Shown piece by piece: positions 62,565 to 64,000 of a stretch of 64,000 nt of DNA. The position numbers and the translations under genes are program-made. The stretch's first letter is position 1. Each line of letters starts with the position of its first letter. Under the pieces are notes generated by a model. The model made no database searches and was not told the origin of the DNA. It saw only the letters and a list, made by a program, of their open reading frames with translations. Source of the stretch: Takakia lepidozioides (lineage: Eukaryota; Plantae; Bryophyta); assembly GCA_030704615.1 (NCBI GenBank), contig CM060732.1:78740001-78804000 (forward strand), written 5' to 3'.

Positions 62565-62947
62565 TCTATAAACTCGGCATAGAATCTCAACACCACCCAA
62601 ATTGGTTCTTCGTACTTCACGATCACATATCAGAGCCCCCTTTGATGAAGTGGATAAGATTATTATACCAAGCCCTTGCTTTTTCTTGATAGACGAGTTG
62701 TTGATGAAGAAATTAGAAACCCTGGTTCGGAGATTGTTTCCATTCTTTTTATTGAACCTATTCCAGAAGAGTGACACTTTAATTCCCAAGCTTCCGTTTG
62801 TTTCCTTAGAGAATCCGTGAATATAACCTTCATTGTACAAAATTATACAGAAATCCTAACAGAGACGCGAGACGAAAACACCAGGCGGTGATGCCGACAG
62901 GCAGAGAAGACCAAGCGTTTTATTCTCCTGTTTATTTTTTTGGAATA
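62565..62947 (-). pseudogene. rps8: rps8 pseudogene, portion downstream of an intron
   Basis: LYNEGYIHGF, GLGIIILSTSSKG and DRE...GGVEILC, with frameshifts and an internal deletion. Confidence 0.78.
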
Positions 62948-64000
62948 ATTAGGCTAGGTGTAGGCCCTTCCCCCCAGGAGAACCATACGTGAAAGCTTTC
63001 CCTTCATACAGCTCAAGTTGATTCTCGGAAGCCTGTCGGGCGTCCGCAGGCGCTTTCGGGGCATTCTTGGTTCATTCGCAAATTCAGTATTACCTTGCGT
63101 GACTTGCTGGTGGCAAGTAGCATGCAAAGGTTAGATGTTAGAAGTATCCCAGCCGCCACCTCTCGACCGAGGTTCGATGTGGTGCAGATCCACCAGTTCC
63201 CCATTTTATAATGACTCTCCATAGACTATACACCGGTAATCACACCTGCGCGGTAGACTTCCTCTTTGTACGGAGATAGAATTATAAGCATTCTGCGCTT
63301 CTAATAATAGCTCTGGTCCTCGCTTAGGAGGTATGGGTCGAACCCTTGTTTCAGGGGTTTGACCATTACGGATTTGACAGTTGTGATGTCGAACAAAAGC
63401 TGCTTGTCTGACGCTCTCCAGTCGTTTTTCCGGTGAGGGGACGGGAAAGTCTATTTTATTAGTAACCACCTCATCGGGCGGGTAGGGAGTTTCTTGTAAG
63501 CCCATCCGAGCATGCTGCACCAGACGTTAGTTCCTTCCCTGCTTGGTTTTATAGTTGCGGCGGATAAAATTCGCACGTAACTGGACCGACCTCTCAGGAT
63601 AAGCTTAAAATCTCGTGCAATTATAGCAATGTGGTTCTTCAACGCCACCAACTCGCGCACCCTGATACGCGCCACACTTTGTGGGCTAGGTAGGATTGTG
63701 ATACGATAACAGTTTACGCTCGGCGAGACGTTGTTGAACCTAGGGCGGCGAAGCCCGTGGTTTCAATATCCTTAATCCTAGAAGACCCTGCTGGATATTT
63801 ATTACCTTGGTTTTGGCCTCTCCGAAGACAAGACCGCGTCCTTTTTGGAATTGCGCGACTGCCGATTCTACCACTTCGGTCAGGAAGGTCGGGTCGGCCC
63901 CAGTGATGACGGAATCGTCTGCATACCTTTTCACGTGACACTTGGACGTTGGCCTGGGAGGGGCTTTCGCGCATTCCAGTACCACCGCCTCAAGACCGTT
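62948..64000 (-). mobile_element. 3' part of a group II intron with degenerate RT, joined to rps8-like sequence
   Basis: KRYADDSVITG at ~63900-63935, domain V GAGCTGTATGAAGGGAAAGCTTTCACGTATGGTTC, end CCTAGCCTAAT. Confidence 0.85.

Overview
A 64-kb segment of a land-plant mitochondrial genome. The intron set (sdh3i100, nad4Li283, ccmFCi829, atp9i21/i87/i95, cox1i323/i511/i624/i732/i1064/i1200), the liverwort/moss-like gene order and the very heavy need for C-to-U editing best fit an early-branching moss (Takakia/Sphagnum-type; this is inference). Gene content, left to right: the 5' part of rrn26, trnfM, rrn5, trnM, rrn18 (with a group I intron at E. coli position 788 carrying a decayed LAGLIDADG ORF), trnP-sdh3-sdh4-nad4L, trnY, trnR, tatC, rps4-trnG, trnS, trnL, trnQ, ccmFC-ccmFN-ccmC-ccmB-rps2, trnF, trnC, rps1-atp8-atp4-cox1 (7 exons, one intact maturase), trnK, trnI, atp9 (4 exons), rps11, and decayed rps13, rpl6 and rps8. 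Most notable observations: an apparently full-length group II intron with no host gene that ends 20 nt before rrn5; a group II intron inserted in the rps8 pseudogene; a tRNA-like t-element abutting the 5' end of rrn18; non-canonical 3' ends on three related group II introns; and families of small palindromes that have invaded rRNA, introns and coding sequence.
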